Assembly (NCBI GenBank): GCA_963845755.1
Contig: CAWJTV010000011.1
Coordinates: 1,152,001-1,216,000, forward strand
DNA length: 64,000 nucleotides
Source: an uncultured Planctomycetota bacterium
Lineage (GTDB): Bacteria; Planctomycetota; Planctomycetia; Isosphaerales; Isosphaeraceae
Direction: 5' to 3'
Part shown: positions 1-12,358 of the stretch, one piece after another
Layout of the letters: every line of letters begins with the position of its first letter
How positions within the stretch are numbered: the first letter of the stretch is position 1
The notes under the pieces: model-generated
Seen by the model: the letters and a program-made list of their open reading frames with translations, nothing else
Databases searched by the model: none
What the model was told of the DNA's origin: nothing
Program-made: the position numbers and the translations under genes

Positions 1-2494
1 TGAAGCCGAACTTCATCGCGGCTCAGAACAGCCTGGCCAATCTGTTGAGCCGTATTGGAGAGCTGGAGGAAGCGGTCGCCTGCTACCGTCGGGTGCTGGC
101 ACTCAAGCCGGACTTTGCCGAGGCGCAGAACAACCTGGCGCAGCGCTGAGCAGCTTGGGGAAGCTAGACGAAGCGATCGCCTGCCACCGTCGTGCACTGG
201 AGTTGAAGCCGGACTATGCCGCGGCCCAGAACAACCTGGGCACGGCGCTGAGCGATCTTGGGAATCTGGAGGAAGCGATCGCCTGCTACTGTCGGGCGCT
301 GGAGCTGAAGCCGGATTATCCCGAGGCGCAGAACAATCTGGGCAATGCGTTCAGGAAACAGGGAAAACTGGAAGAAGCGATCGCCTGCCACCGCCGGGCG
401 CTCGAGTTGAAGCGGGACTTTGTCGAGGCGCAGGTCAGCCTGGGCAATACCTTGAGCAGCCTTGGGAATCTGGAGGAAGCGATCGCCTGCTTCCGCCGGG
501 CGCTGGAGTTGAAGCCGGACTTTGCCGAGGCCCAGAGCAACCTGGGCAATGCGTTGAAAGACCAGGGGAATCTGGAGGAAGCGATCGCCTGCCACCGCCG
601 GGCGCTGGAACTGAAACCGGATTCTGCCGAGGCGCAGGTCAACCTAGCTGCGGCGTTGAGCGATCTTGGGAAGCGTGAGGAGGCGATCGCTAGCTACCGC
701 CGGGCGCTGGAGTTGAAGCCGGACTTTGCCGAGGCGCAGAACAGCCTGGGCGTAGCGCTGAGCGGTATTGGGAGGCTTGAGGAAGCGATCGCCTGCTACG
801 TCCGTGCACTGGAGTTGAGGCCGGACTTTGCCGAGGCGCAGAACAACCTGGGAATCGCATTGAGTCGTATCGGCAGGCTGGGCGAGGCGATCGCCTGCTA
901 CCGTCGGGCGCTGGAGTTGGAGCCGGACTCTGCCCAGGCTCAGAACAACCTGGGCAATGCGTTCAGGGATCAGGGGAAACTGGAGGAGGCGATCGCCTGC
1001 TACCACCGGGCACTGGAGCTGCAACCGGACTTTGCCGTGACTCAGAACAACCTGGGCAACGCGTTCAAGGATCAGGGGAAACTGGAGGAGGCGATCGCCT
1101 GTTACCGCCGGGCACTAGAGCTGCAACCGGGTTTGGCCGAGGCTGAGAATAACCTGGGCAATGCGTTCAAGGATCAAGGGAAGGTTGATCAGGCGATCGC
1201 CGGCTACACACGGGCACTGGAGTTGCGACCGGACTATGCCGAGGCACACAGCAACCTCCTCTGTACTCTCCAGTATCGTACGGGTATGACACTCGCGGAA
1301 TTAGCCGAGGCCCATGCCGAGTACGACCGCCAGCACGCGGCACCCCTCTACGCGCCTTTTGTACGCCATGAGAAGATCCGCCATTCTCGTCGACGGCCCC
1401 GTATCGGATTCGTTTCGCCCGACCTGGGCCGGCACCCCGTCGGCTTTTTTCTGATCCGCACCTTGGAAAACCTCGGCCAGGAGCAGCAGGAGACGATCTG
1501 TTACTCCGACCGAATTATCAAAGACGGCTTAACTCATCGCCTTCAAACGGCCGCGACCCAATGGCGCGATGTCTTTGGCATGAGCCACGAAGGGCTGGCC
1601 GAGCAGGTCCGGGACGACGGGATCGACATCCTGTTCGACCTCGCAGGCCACACCGCTCGGAACCGCCTACTGGTCTTCGCCCGCAAGCCGGCGCCGATTC
1701 AAGTCAGTTGGATCGGCTATGAGGGAACGACCGGCTTGGCGGCGATGGACTACCTGCTCGTGGATCGGTTGATGGTCCCAGAAGGAAGCGAGCGGCACTA
1801 TCGGGAAACGGTGTTGCGCATGCCGGATGGCTATCTCTGTTACGATCCGCCGGAGACGGCACCGCCGGTCGGCCCGTCACCGGCTTGGGAGCGGGGATTT
1901 GCAACCTTTGGCAGTTTCAACAATCTGGCCAAGATTACGCCGGAAGTGGTGGCGGTCTGGGCGAAGATCCTGCTCAGGGCACCGACCACGCGCCTCGTCC
2001 TCAAATATCGCGGACTGGAGGATTCGGCTGTGAAAGAGCGGTTCTTCAACCTCTTCGGCGCTCACGGAGTGGACCCACAACGGCTGGATTTGCTCCCGGC
2101 GAGTTCCTATTCCGATTATCTGGCAACTTATCACCAGGTGGATGTGACGCTGGATCCGTTTCCGTTTTCCGGCAGTACGATAACCTGTGAGTCCTTGTGG
2201 ATGGGGGTGCCGGTGATTACCTGCCCCGGCGAGACCTTCGCCAGTCGGCACTCGCTCAGCCACCTCTCCAATATAGGCCTGACGGAGACGATCGCTCGGG
2301 ACCGGGAGGAGTATGTGGAACTGGCAGTCTCGTTGGCAAGCGACCGGCCGCGCCTGGCGGCGCTGCGGTCGGGGCTGCGTGAGCGAATGTCGGCCTCTCC
2401 GCTGTGCGATGGGAGGCGATTCGCAACCCATTTGATGTCGATTCTGCACGACGTTTGGGAAGGTGGTGTCCCGAGATTACGAGTAGAATTGTAG
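1..2494 (+). CDS. TPR-repeat SPINDLY/OGT-family (GT41) O-glycosyltransferase, 5' end outside the window
   Basis: About 12 tandem 34-aa TPRs (AEAQNNLGNA...EEAIACYRRALELKPD) followed by RIGFVSPDLGRHPVG, DGIDILFDLAGHT, RKPAPIQVSWIGY, TFGSFNNLAKI, LDPFPFSGSTITCESLWMGVPV. Probable frameshift near 140. Confidence 0.92.
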   Translation, partial: EAELHRGSEQPGQSVEPYWRAGGSGRLLPSGAGTQAGLCRGAEQPGAALSSLGKLDEAIACHRRALELKPDYAAAQNNLGTALSDLGNLEEAIACYCRALELKPDYPEAQNNLGNAFRKQGKLEEAIACHRRALELKRDFVEAQVSLGNTLSSLGNLEEAIACFRRALELKPDFAEAQSNLGNALKDQGNLEEAIACHRRALELKPDSAEAQVNLAAALSDLGKREEAIASYRRALELKPDFAEAQNSLGVALSGIGRLEEAIACYVRALELRPDFAEAQNNLGIALSRIGRLGEAIACYRRALELEPDSAQAQNNLGNAFRDQGKLEEAIACYHRALELQPDFAVTQNNLGNAFKDQGKLEEAIACYRRALELQPGLAEAENNLGNAFKDQGKVDQAIAGYTRALELRPDYAEAHSNLLCTLQYRTGMTLAELAEAHAEYDRQHAAPLYAPFVRHEKIRHSRRRPRIGFVSPDLGRHPVGFFLIRTLENLGQEQQETICYSDRIIKDGLTHRLQTAATQWRDVFGMSHEGLAEQVRDDGIDILFDLAGHTARNRLLVFARKPAPIQVSWIGYEGTTGLAAMDYLLVDRLMVPEGSERHYRETVLRMPDGYLCYDPPETAPPVGPSPAWERGFATFGSFNNLAKITPEVVAVWAKILLRAPTTRLVLKYRGLEDSAVKERFFNLFGAHGVDPQRLDLLPASSYSDYLATYHQVDVTLDPFPFSGSTITCESLWMGVPVITCPGETFASRHSLSHLSNIGLTETIARDREEYVELAVSLASDRPRLAALRSGLRERMSASPLCDGRRFATHLMSILHDVWEGGVPRLRVEL

Positions 2495-2688
2495 AGGCCG
2501 TTGCGAAGGTCGCGGTGGATGCTGAAGTGCGCCCTGGAACTGGACCACTTGGGAGCCATCGTTATGGCATGGCGAGCATGTCGAACCATACAGGGCAATC
2601 GGCAGGAATCCAACGCTCCTTGGGCTTGATCTTTGCTTGATCGGTCACGAAAGACGCAGAGAGTGCGCTGCCCGCGCCGCAATCGACC

Positions 2689-5600
2689 TCAGGCCAGGGC
2701 TTCCAGCAGCGACCCAGCCTCCACGAGGTCCGGTGTCGTGAAACCTTCCGTATACGTATCGAAGACGGCCGCCAGCGCGGCGCGGGCCTCGCCGCGACCG
2801 CCCTGCCGCTGCCAGAGCCGGGCAAGGCTCATCCTGGCCCGCAGCTCCCAGGCCCGGCTCCGCTGGTGTCGGGCGATCTCGATGGCACGGCGGAAGCATT
2901 CTTCTGCGGCAGCGGCCTGGTCGGGCGACTCCGCCAGCAACAGCTCGCCTTTGAGGCGGTGCAGCTCGGCCTCCTGGAACCGCTCGTCGTTCCTCTCCGC
3001 GATTGCCAGGCCCTCGTCCAGCGCCCGCGCGCGTCCCCGAACCGGCCGGCCTGAGTGTAGGCATCGCCCAGGGCGCTGAGTTGGACCGGAAGGATCAGTT
3101 CGGCGCCCGTGGCGCGCCAGGCGTGGACGCCCTTGAGGATCAAGGGAATCGCCTCCTCCACCTGACCTTGGTGGAGCATTCCGTCGCCCTTGTAGAAGGT
3201 CCCCGAAGCGATCCACCACGCAAACCCTAGCTCGGTTGAGATCGCGAGGGATTCCTCGCCGGCCGTCTGAACCTCGGTCCCGAGTCGGCAGCACTGGTGC
3301 AGCAAACCCGTGTGGTGCAGAGCGTAACCCAGAGTGAACGGGTGGCCGACCGCGCGGGCGAGCTCACGCATCTCTCGATTGATCCTGAGAGCTTGATCCG
3401 GGAATCCCAGGTGCCAGAGGGACATCGCCAGATGGCAGCGATTGGCGACTCGCGGATCCGTGCTGGTGTAGGCGGCCCAGTCCCGCTTATCCTCCGGGCA
3501 GTCGTACTGGTCCACGGCCATCGCGAGTCTGTCGTGGGCGCCGGCGAAATCAGCGCGGTAGAGCATCGTCTGCCCCACCCACTTCAAGGCTTCCATCACA
3601 ATGCCGCGATCCCCGAGCCGATTGGCAAATTCCATCCCCTCGTCGGCCAGCCCCGTGCACCGCCGAAAATCGCCGCGCGTGAAGTGAAACACCCAGCTTC
3701 CAAACATGCTGGCGAATACTTGCGTCGGCTGACCCACCCGCTCGCTCAGCTCACGTGCCCGCGCGAAGACGGGGCCGACCCCGGGGGCGGAGTAACCGCG
3801 CGATGCGATGTAGGCGGCGCCGAGAGGGCGGAGCAATGCCATTTCCCGCGCGTCCCTCTCGGGGGAATCGTCCAGCGTCTCCAGCAGCGTTCAGCCCCCG
3901 GGACAGGTGGCTGATCGCTTCGCTCTCCGCCGATCGCTCCCGCGAGCGCACCCCCGCCTTGAGCCAGTAGGCGACCGCCTTCTCGGTCAGCCCGGCCTCG
4001 GTGAAGTGGTGGCCCAGCAGCTCCGGTTGCGTCTCGGCGGTCTGCGGGAACTCGACCTCCAGCACCTCGGCGACCCGCCGATGGAACTGTTGCCGCTTGC
4101 TCTTGACCAGTGCGTTATAGAGCGCATCTTGCAGGAGGGCATGCTTGAAGACGTAGGTGCAGCGGGGGGGCCGGCCCTTCGCATACAGGATCTCCGCCCG
4201 CGTCAGCTTGCCCAACTCCGCCTGGAGCGCCGGCTCGTCCATGTCCGCCACGGCGGCGAGCAGCTCGTAGCTGGTCTCGCGGCCGAGCACCGCGGCGAGC
4301 TGGCCCACCTCCCGGTCGCCCTCCATCCGGTCCAGGCGGGCCATGACGAGATCCTGGAGCGTGGCAGGGATCTCGCCGCGCCATGAGGGTCCTGACCCGC
4401 GTGCTGTCTCCCTCTTCCTGATCCAGCACGCCCGACTCTTGCGCCAGCTTCGTGAACTCTTCGACGAATAGCGGCACGCCGGCGGTCCGTTCGTAGATCT
4501 GCTCGACCACCGCCTCCGGAGTGGCAGTCCCCAACTTCTTCTGCATCAGCTCGCCGACCTGGCGCCGCGTCAAGCGGTTCAGGGCCAGGCTGGTCTGATG
4601 GGCGACCGCGGGCCACGGCGTCTGGAACTCGGGGCGGAAGGTCAGCAGGGTAAGGATGGAGTCGTGCAGGCCCTCGGCGAGGAACAGCCCGAGGAACTCC
4701 AGGGTGGAGGCGTCTACCCAGTGCAGGTCCTCGACGACGAACAGGACCGGCCTCCGCGCGGCGAGCGTGTGCAGCCACTCCAGCATGGTCTTGAACGTCT
4801 CTTCCCTCTGCCGGATCGCGGGCAACGAGAGCGGGGGGAAGCGGTCCGTGGTCGGCAGCGATAGCAACGACGCCCACAGCGGCACGGTCTCCGGCCGGGC
4901 CAGGCCGTAATGCTCCAGGCGGTGGAGCAGTCGGTCGAACCGGGCCTGCGGCGGCTCGTCGCGACCGAATCCGAGGGCCCGCTCGTAGAATTCGATGGCC
5001 GGGTACAGCCCCGTGTTCTGGTATTGCGGCGCACGCGCCACTCGATGATCGGCGCGTCCACCTCGCCTTCGACCATCCGCCCCAGGACGTGCTCCTTCAG
5101 CGTGTGCACGAGGCGCGACTTGCCCAGGCCCGGCTCGCCGATGAGCAGGACGATCTGGCCCATGCCCTCCAGGGCTTGCTCCCAGCGCTCCTTCAGCAGG
5201 CTGATCTCTTGGTCGCGGCCGGTGAGTGGCGTGAGCCCAACCGGCCCCGCCACCTCGATCGGGTCGCGTACCGGGGCGACGGCCCGTACCCGGAACAGCT
5301 CGGTGGGCTGCGCCACGCCCTTCAGTTTGAGGCTGCCGAGGCTGTCGCATTCGAAGTGGGCCTGGAGCAACTGGTGGGTGGCCCTGGTGCAGACGACCTG
5401 ACCGGCCGCGGCCACGTCCATGAGCCGGGCCGCCACGGTGCGTGCCTCTCCCACCAGCGAAACCGACTCCTCTCCCGCCTCCACGACGGCCGGTCCGGTA
5501 TGGACGCCGACCCACGGATTCAGCTCCAGCGTTTGTCCGCGGCGGAGCCGCTCGCTGAGGGCTTTCAGATCCTCCAGGAGGCCGAGGCCGGCCAGAGCGG

Positions 5601-6936
5601 CGCGGCGGGCGGCGTCCTCATAGGCAACCGGGTAGCCGAAGCAGGCGAGCAGCCCCCCCTCATTGCACTGCACGACCGACCCACCAAACCGGCATACCGC
5701 CTGCTCGCAAGCCTGTTCGAAGGCCCGCAGCAGCTTGACCTGGTCCTCCGCGTCGATTTCCAGATACGCCTCGGACTCGAACAGACCGCAGCCGCAGACC
5801 AGGACTGTCACCTGGCGGCGTTCGGCCTCGCGGGCGCCGCGCCGGGACGAGGACGGCTTCGGGGTATCGGGTCCCGATGGGGCCTGCGGTGCCGCGCGGA
5901 CCTCATCCGTCGGTATTGAGACCGGCGCCTGCGGGGATGCCGGCGTCTGGACGGCGCGACGCAGGTCGTCGGCGAAGTCTGCCGCGGTCGTGTAGCGGTC
6001 CGAGAGCCGCTTCGCGAGGGCCTTGAGGCAGGCCCGCTCCAACTCGGGCGGGATCTCGGGGCGGAGCTGGCGCGGGGGCTGCGGATCGTCGTCGCGAATC
6101 TGCCGCAGCAACTCCCGAATGTTGCGCGCCCGGAACGGCAAGTGGCCGCAGAGCATCTCGTAAAGCACCACGCCCAGGCTGTAGATGTCGGTGCGGCCGT
6201 CGATGCGGTGCGCCGCGCCGGCGACCTGCTCCGGCGCCATGTACGCCGGCGTGCCGGAGATGACGCCGAGTTCGGAACCACCTGCCCCGGCCTCGTCGAG
6301 GCCCAGCCCGAAATCCACGAGGATCGGGCCGCGGTCCGGCGTGAGGATGATGTTCGCCGGCTTGATGTCGCGGTGGAGGATGAGGCGGGCGTGGGCGTGG
6401 GCCAGGGCATCGGCCAGAGCCGCCGCGATCCGGGCCGCCTCCGGCCAGGGCGGGCGGTGATCCCCCAGCCACCGGCTGAGGTCGGGGCCGTCGAGGAAGT
6501 CCGAGACGATGTAGACTTGTCCCCCATCCAGGCCGATGTCGTGGACCGTCACGATGCCGGGGTGGCTCAGCCGGGCGAGCCTGCGGGCCTCCTGGAGGAA
6601 CCGCTCCGCCTCGGCCTGTGGCCCCTCGGGGCCGCCGCGGAGGACCTTGATGGCGACGGGCCGATCGAGCTGCGTGTCGTGGCCAAGGTACACCGCGCCG
6701 AAGCCGCCGGTCCCCACGACGTTCCGCACCTGGTAGCGGCCGAATGCGGCCGGAGGGGACGGAGCGTCCTTCCTCGTCGTCGGCTTGGCCGGCTGACCCG
6801 GCGTCAGGTCTATGGTCAGATCCGAGTCGCTCCCCGGCTCGGGATTACTGACGGCCGGGCTGGAAAGAGCGGAATCCGACTGCACGGCGACATCGCCCGA
6901 GGGCTCGTCTGGGTGGGGCTTACCCGTCGGGTGCAA
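2689..6936 (-). CDS. Ser/Thr kinase + class III cyclase-like domain + P-loop ATPase + TPR fusion (frameshifted; start approximate)
   Basis: Joined ORFs 4714..7071, 4115..5515, 3751..4344, 2829..3842, 2689..3294. Motifs: GTGGFGAVY, HRDIKPAN, DFGLG, APE; RRQVTVL...FGYPVAYEDAARRA; GEPGLGKS; VEDLHWVD; FKHALLQDALY; C-terminal EGFTTPDL. Confidence 0.88.
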
Positions 6937-7224
6937 TGTTGTTTCCTCCTCGCGACACAGGGCAGGCGATTGTGCCGATCGCGCGAATGGAAGGCGGAGT
7001 GCCTGGGACGGACGTAGCGGTTGGAGACCCTCAAGGACAGGATCGGCGGATCCGGAATCTCCGACGACCATATCCTAGCAGCATCGACCGATCCTCCGCG
7101 AGAGAGCGGGCGACCATCGCTTGCTGCGAAGACCTGGAGATGCAGGAAGACCGGTTGATGCGGCGCTCTGCGGAATGAACGGACGCAGAAGGCGGTTGGG
7201 TTTTGCCCATTCGCCATCGCGTGG

Positions 7225-7430
7225 CCACTTCCAGCGGGCGACACGCTCGGGCTTCAACTTGTGCTGCCGTGCCACCTCGCCCTGGCTCGTCAGGCCGGTG
7301 AGGACTTCGAGGACGATCTGGGCCTTGAACTCGGCGGTAAAGGTTCGGCGGCGACGCTTGGGCATGAGAGGACGCTCCTGGGAGGCCAGTATTGACTATC
7401 GTACTGGTCCAATCCCAGGGGCGCAGTTCA
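7225..7430 (-). mobile_element. IS3-family remnant: left end plus truncated OrfA
   Basis: Minus strand begins TGAACTGCGCCCCTGGGATTGGACCA (IS3-like TG end), followed by the HTH-type MPKRRRRTFTAEFKAQIVLEVLTGLTSQGEVARQHKLKPERVARWK; no OrfB. Confidence 0.78.
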
Positions 7431-7513
7431 GGCGCCCGCCCCAGTCTCATCTGAGCGAAGGCATCGATCGGCTCAGGGACGAGATGGGACTGAAACGGGC
7501 GTGAGCCGTGGTG

Positions 7514-7627
7514 TCCTAACGCGGCCTTCGGCCGCAACCCCATCGGGATTCCGGATTCGCGATTCCGGATTCCCGAAGGGGAATGATCCGGGAATCCGGA
7601 ATCGCGAATCCGGAATTCGGAATCCCC
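7514..7627. repeat. GCGGCC-TTC-GGCCGC hairpin followed by a ~27-bp heptamer-built inverted repeat
   Basis: GGGATTCCGGATTCGCGATTCCGGATTCCC (~7545-7573) pairs with GGGAATCCGGAATCGCGAATCCGGAAT (from ~7590). Confidence 0.85.
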
Positions 7628-7666
7628 AGATGCGCGCAGGGCGCAGGGATCCTACGGAGGACGACT

Positions 7667-7870
7667 CTAGGGGCGGGTGTTAACGGCTCTGTGATTTCCA
7701 AGCAAGAAGCGATAGGCAAGATACGGCACCACTAGGACTGGGGACACGAACAGAAGAGAAGCGACGAAGATGCCGAGGAGGACGGCCAGTTCGGGGAAGG
7801 CACAGAAGTACCCGATGATCGCGATCGCGATCATGCACCAGCCGATAGTGAACTGTGTCGCTCGGACCAT
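7667..7870 (-). CDS. small membrane protein (67 aa)
   Basis: GGAGGG RBS before the ATG; two hydrophobic stretches; QFTIGWCMIAIA N-terminus of the type seen in planctomycete small membrane proteins. Confidence 0.6.
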   Translation of the reverse strand: MVRATQFTIGWCMIAIAIIGYFCAFPELAVLLGIFVASLLFVSPVLVVPYLAYRFLLGNHRAVNTRP

Positions 7871-7894
7871 GGCGGGCCCTCCGAATTCGATGAA

Positions 7895-8895
7895 CAGAGA
7901 TCGCTCTCGATCCAGTGTACGAGGACGGCGCGGCTCCAGCCGTGTTCAACCGTTGCACGGGCGTACCAGAGACGTTCCTTGGGGTCCTTGATCTGGTCGA
8001 GGATAACGCAGTTGTGGAACCAGGGAAGTTGTGTACCCGATGACCGCCTGGAAGAACAGCGTCCACTGGGCGAGGTAACTGGTGTCCGCCGTGTCGGGTC
8101 GCTTTCGCGCCTCGGCCATCGCCTTGAGGTGATGCGCGATGCACTTGTGGGTGCGGTAGGGAACGTTCTCGTAGCTGGCCAGGCAGTCGCTGACCAGCAC
8201 CCCCGGAAAGTCCGCGCCCAACGTGTCGGTCACCACCTCACGGCCGCGGCTCGACTCGACCCGGTAGACCGTCGCGATGTCGGTGGTGAAGACCCACAGC
8301 CAGGCCCCCGGTGCGCCGACATACCAACTCGTCTCATCGACGAATACCGCCGCCGCCGCTCGCACGTTGACGATCAGGGCCGCGTAGGAGGCTTCGGCCT
8401 TCTGCCCAACCCGCTGCACCCGCTGCGCCAAGCCGCCGGGACTCAGCCGCAGCCCAGCGACCTGCTCGAGGACCCGGCAGGTCGTTCGCATCGTCAAGCC
8501 GTGCTGCTTGTTCAAGGTGGCGGCCAGCGCCTGGGCCCGCGGCCCCAGTTGCGTCGCGGCGGCCCCGGTGGCGTCGGAGGTCTTCAGCGGGTGCGTGCTG
8601 TGGACCTCACCGCAGTGGGGGCACACGCCGCGATACGTGACCAGATGGGTGACCCGCGGTTGGACCACCGGGATTTCTTCGATGAACTGCTCGATCGGCT
8701 CGACCCCTTCGACGGCACCACCGCAGTGGGGGCAGGCCGGCAGCGGCACTTCGATATGCTCATCAACTTGCGCGGGCACGGGGCGAGAGACGCCCGGATG
8801 TCCCTTGGGACGGCCGGGCCGCTCGCAGCAGCCTGCTGCACAATTGGTTCATCGGGCCAGCCGTCGGCGAAAGCCCGCATGTCTTTGAGGTTGCC
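7895..8895 (-). pseudogene. DUF1016/YhcG-family N-terminal domain remnant interrupted by an IS66 fragment
   Basis: NLKDMRAFADGWPDEPIVQQAAA (8895-8825) rejoins in frame with QLPWFHNCVILDQIKDPKERLWYARATVEHGWSRAVLVHWIESDL (8032-7895) when 8033-8824 is removed. Confidence 0.8.
8033..8824 (-). mobile_element. IS66-family transposase internal fragment
   Basis: RPGRPKGHPG, zinc finger CPHCGG...CPHCG, VDETSW, WLWVF, GVLVSD, KCIAHHL; truncated at both ends. Confidence 0.88.
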
Positions 8896-9027
8896 GTGTC
8901 GGCGTGACGACAATCGGCCGTGATGAATCCTGAAGATACCATGGTCGGCCGGAATTGTCAGGGGTTATCGCCGTGGCCGTTCTGTTCGTGGGGCGCTTCG
9001 TTGCCTCTGTTGGGCAGGGAATCGTCT

Positions 9028-9411
9028 TCATAGCCGTTGCGCCGCATACGCGACCAGTCTGCTAAGCGTCGTCAGTCCATCGGAAGTGATCCCCAGCTCG
9101 AACAGCCGCCGGGCTGTCTCTTCGGCATTGACGAAGCCGGGGGTGTCCAGATAGCGGAAGATCATCACGAACTCGACCAGCACGGGGTAAAGGTCTTCCA
9201 TCTCCGGCATGACGGTGAACAGGGATCGCAAAAGACGGCTTGGTTCATACTCGGCCGCCCCCTCCAGGCCGTCGGTTAGAAGCAATCCCGCCCACCAGAG
9301 CAGATAACCCTCACTGAAGGGGGCAAGCTGCACGATGCTGCCGAACGGGCCGAATCGTATGGCGCATTTCTTCTGGGACGTCACGGGGGTGCTCCTCTCC
9401 TGTGTTGCCAT
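9028..9411 (-). CDS. hypothetical protein (127 aa)
   Basis: ATG ORF with protein-like composition; no family recognised. Confidence 0.5.
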   Translation of the reverse strand: MATQERSTPVTSQKKCAIRFGPFGSIVQLAPFSEGYLLWWAGLLLTDGLEGAAEYEPSRLLRSLFTVMPEMEDLYPVLVEFVMIFRYLDTPGFVNAEETARRLFELGITSDGLTTLSRLVAYAAQRL

Positions 9412-9644
9412 CCTAAGATCGGAGCCGGTTCCGGTTCAATGGCCGTCGAGCCGATACAGGCAATCATTTCCGGGGAGGGGACGGTAGCGGGAAATAATCC
9501 TTTTGATTTCTCGCGATGCCTCGGTTGCGGGTCGCGTAAATGACGAGGAGGTTAAGCAGCCGACCACTCTGGCGGGTCCGAGGTAGCGACCGCAGGCGCC
9601 CGGTCGGCGTCGAGACTCACGCCAACCCGCGCGGCCGGGCGCAG

Positions 9645-10571
9645 TCACGGGCCCGTGTACTGGACCTGGACCTCAGTGCCGCCGATCAGGCTCGACTTCG
9701 CGATCACGCCCCCCGACCCATTGACCATGTTGATCAACTGGGCAGAACCGGAATCGACCGTCGCGCCCGATTGCGTTCCGGCATTGCAGTCGGTGAAGTC
9801 CACCGTGTCGAAACGGGCCAGCGTATAGCCGAGCTGACTCAAAAGCGCCTCCACGATCCACTCGGCGCTGCTCCCAGCCACCTGGGTGCCCGACGGCGCC
9901 GTCGCATGAAAGAACCCGCCCGTGTTGGTCGTGTTGTTGCTCAAGAAGACCGCCGCGCTGGTCGTCGAACCCTGCGTGATGCAAATGAGCAGCGAGATCT
10001 CGTTGCCCGGCGCAAAGCTCAGGTTCGTGATCCAGAACGATCCGGCCGGGAACCACTCCCACCAGGGGTTGTATTGATGCTGCGGTGCTCCGCCGGAGGT
10101 TTCGACGTCGGAATCGCAGCCGGCCTGAAGGATGTCGCCCGTGCCGTTGTCGCCGTCGATGCCGATCCACGTCGAACGCAAAGTACTCGACGTTGTCCTG
10201 AGCGCCTCCCGGCATATAGCTCTGCGGAAAGCGCCAGGTCGAACTCCACCCACTTGATGCTCGTCCCCTGGGGCGGGACCACATAGGCACCCGCCCAGTT
10301 GGAGGTCTCCTGCGGGCCGTGTTTTCCCAGCAGGTGCGGAAGCTTCTTCCGGCGCGGCTCGCGCGGTTTGAATTCGGGCTGAATGAATCGGTATTCCTTG
10401 TGACTCAACTTGCGAGTCCACCGATCGGCCAGTTCGGGGAACTCAACCGGACAGCGAGGATAGCCGTACATGGCGCGCCTCGCGGTCTGTTGCCTTGGCT
10501 GGGTCAATGCCCGGCGGCGGTGGCGGAAACGTGCGGACGGTCACCCCACCCGGAAGCTGAATCTCACGCAT
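9645..10571 (-). CDS. glutamic peptidase G1 (Peptidase_A4/eqolisin-like), frameshifted
   Basis: GAAGGGAG RBS before the ATG at 10571; propeptide-like TFPPPPPGIDP...YGYPRCP; SNWAGA, STWIGIDG, LQAG, WWEWFP, SSAEWIVE, LARFDTVDF. Confidence 0.87.
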
Positions 10572-10819
10572 CGTGTTCTCCCTTCGCTCTTGGAGTTCCT
10601 CAACGGCGGTTCGGCCAAGCCCACATCGCAGTCATCTAATGAGATCAACCGACCGGGCTCAGCAGCGAAACGCTGGCTGATTTTTTGCCAAGGGAGGAAC
10701 GAGGCCGGAAGCAGGGTGCCCTGCGCAGACCTCGGTGGATCCTGGCGTCCCGAGCTGGCACTTCCAGTCCTGAACATCGGTGTCCAGGACTCGGCGGGTC
10801 TCCCCTGGGTGTGCTGGGC

Positions 10820-10920
10820 GAGCTTCTGGCTGCGGAGTTCTTCTGTGGCCGAAAGAGGGGTCCGTGCTTGAGCCCGGCCTGAGTGACGTACTCGGCGATT
10901 GCCTCGGCGGCAGTGAGGAC
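10820..10920 (-). pseudogene. probable tyrosine recombinase internal remnant
   Basis: My translation gives LTAAEAIAEYVTQAGLKHGPLFRPQKNS, resembling the segment before integrase box II; very short. Confidence 0.45.
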
Positions 10921-10930
10921 CCTCCGGGCA

Positions 10931-12223
<1,293 letters not shown>

Positions 12224-12269
12224 TCCAGATCGAAATCACGGCCGGAACAGGGACGTAGCCGGACCGGGG

Positions 12270-12358
12270 ACCAGAACGAGGGCATTCCTCAATCACACTA
12301 ACGGTTGGGACCGGAAGAAACCAGAACGAGAGACCAGAACGAGGGCATTCCTCAATCA
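12270..12358. repeat. direct repeat ACCAGAACGAGGGCATTCCTCAATCA x2 plus a partial copy
   Basis: Copies at ~12270-12295 and ~12333-12358, with an extra CCAGAACGAG at 12321. Confidence 0.85.

Noticed and set aside
1..1260. CRISPR or DGR interpretation of the periodic repeats
   Set aside because: The 102-bp period equals in-frame 34-aa TPRs; no reverse transcriptase is present.
12270..12358. Mini CRISPR array
   Set aside because: Only two repeat units, the spacer contains a partial repeat, and there are no cas genes in the window.
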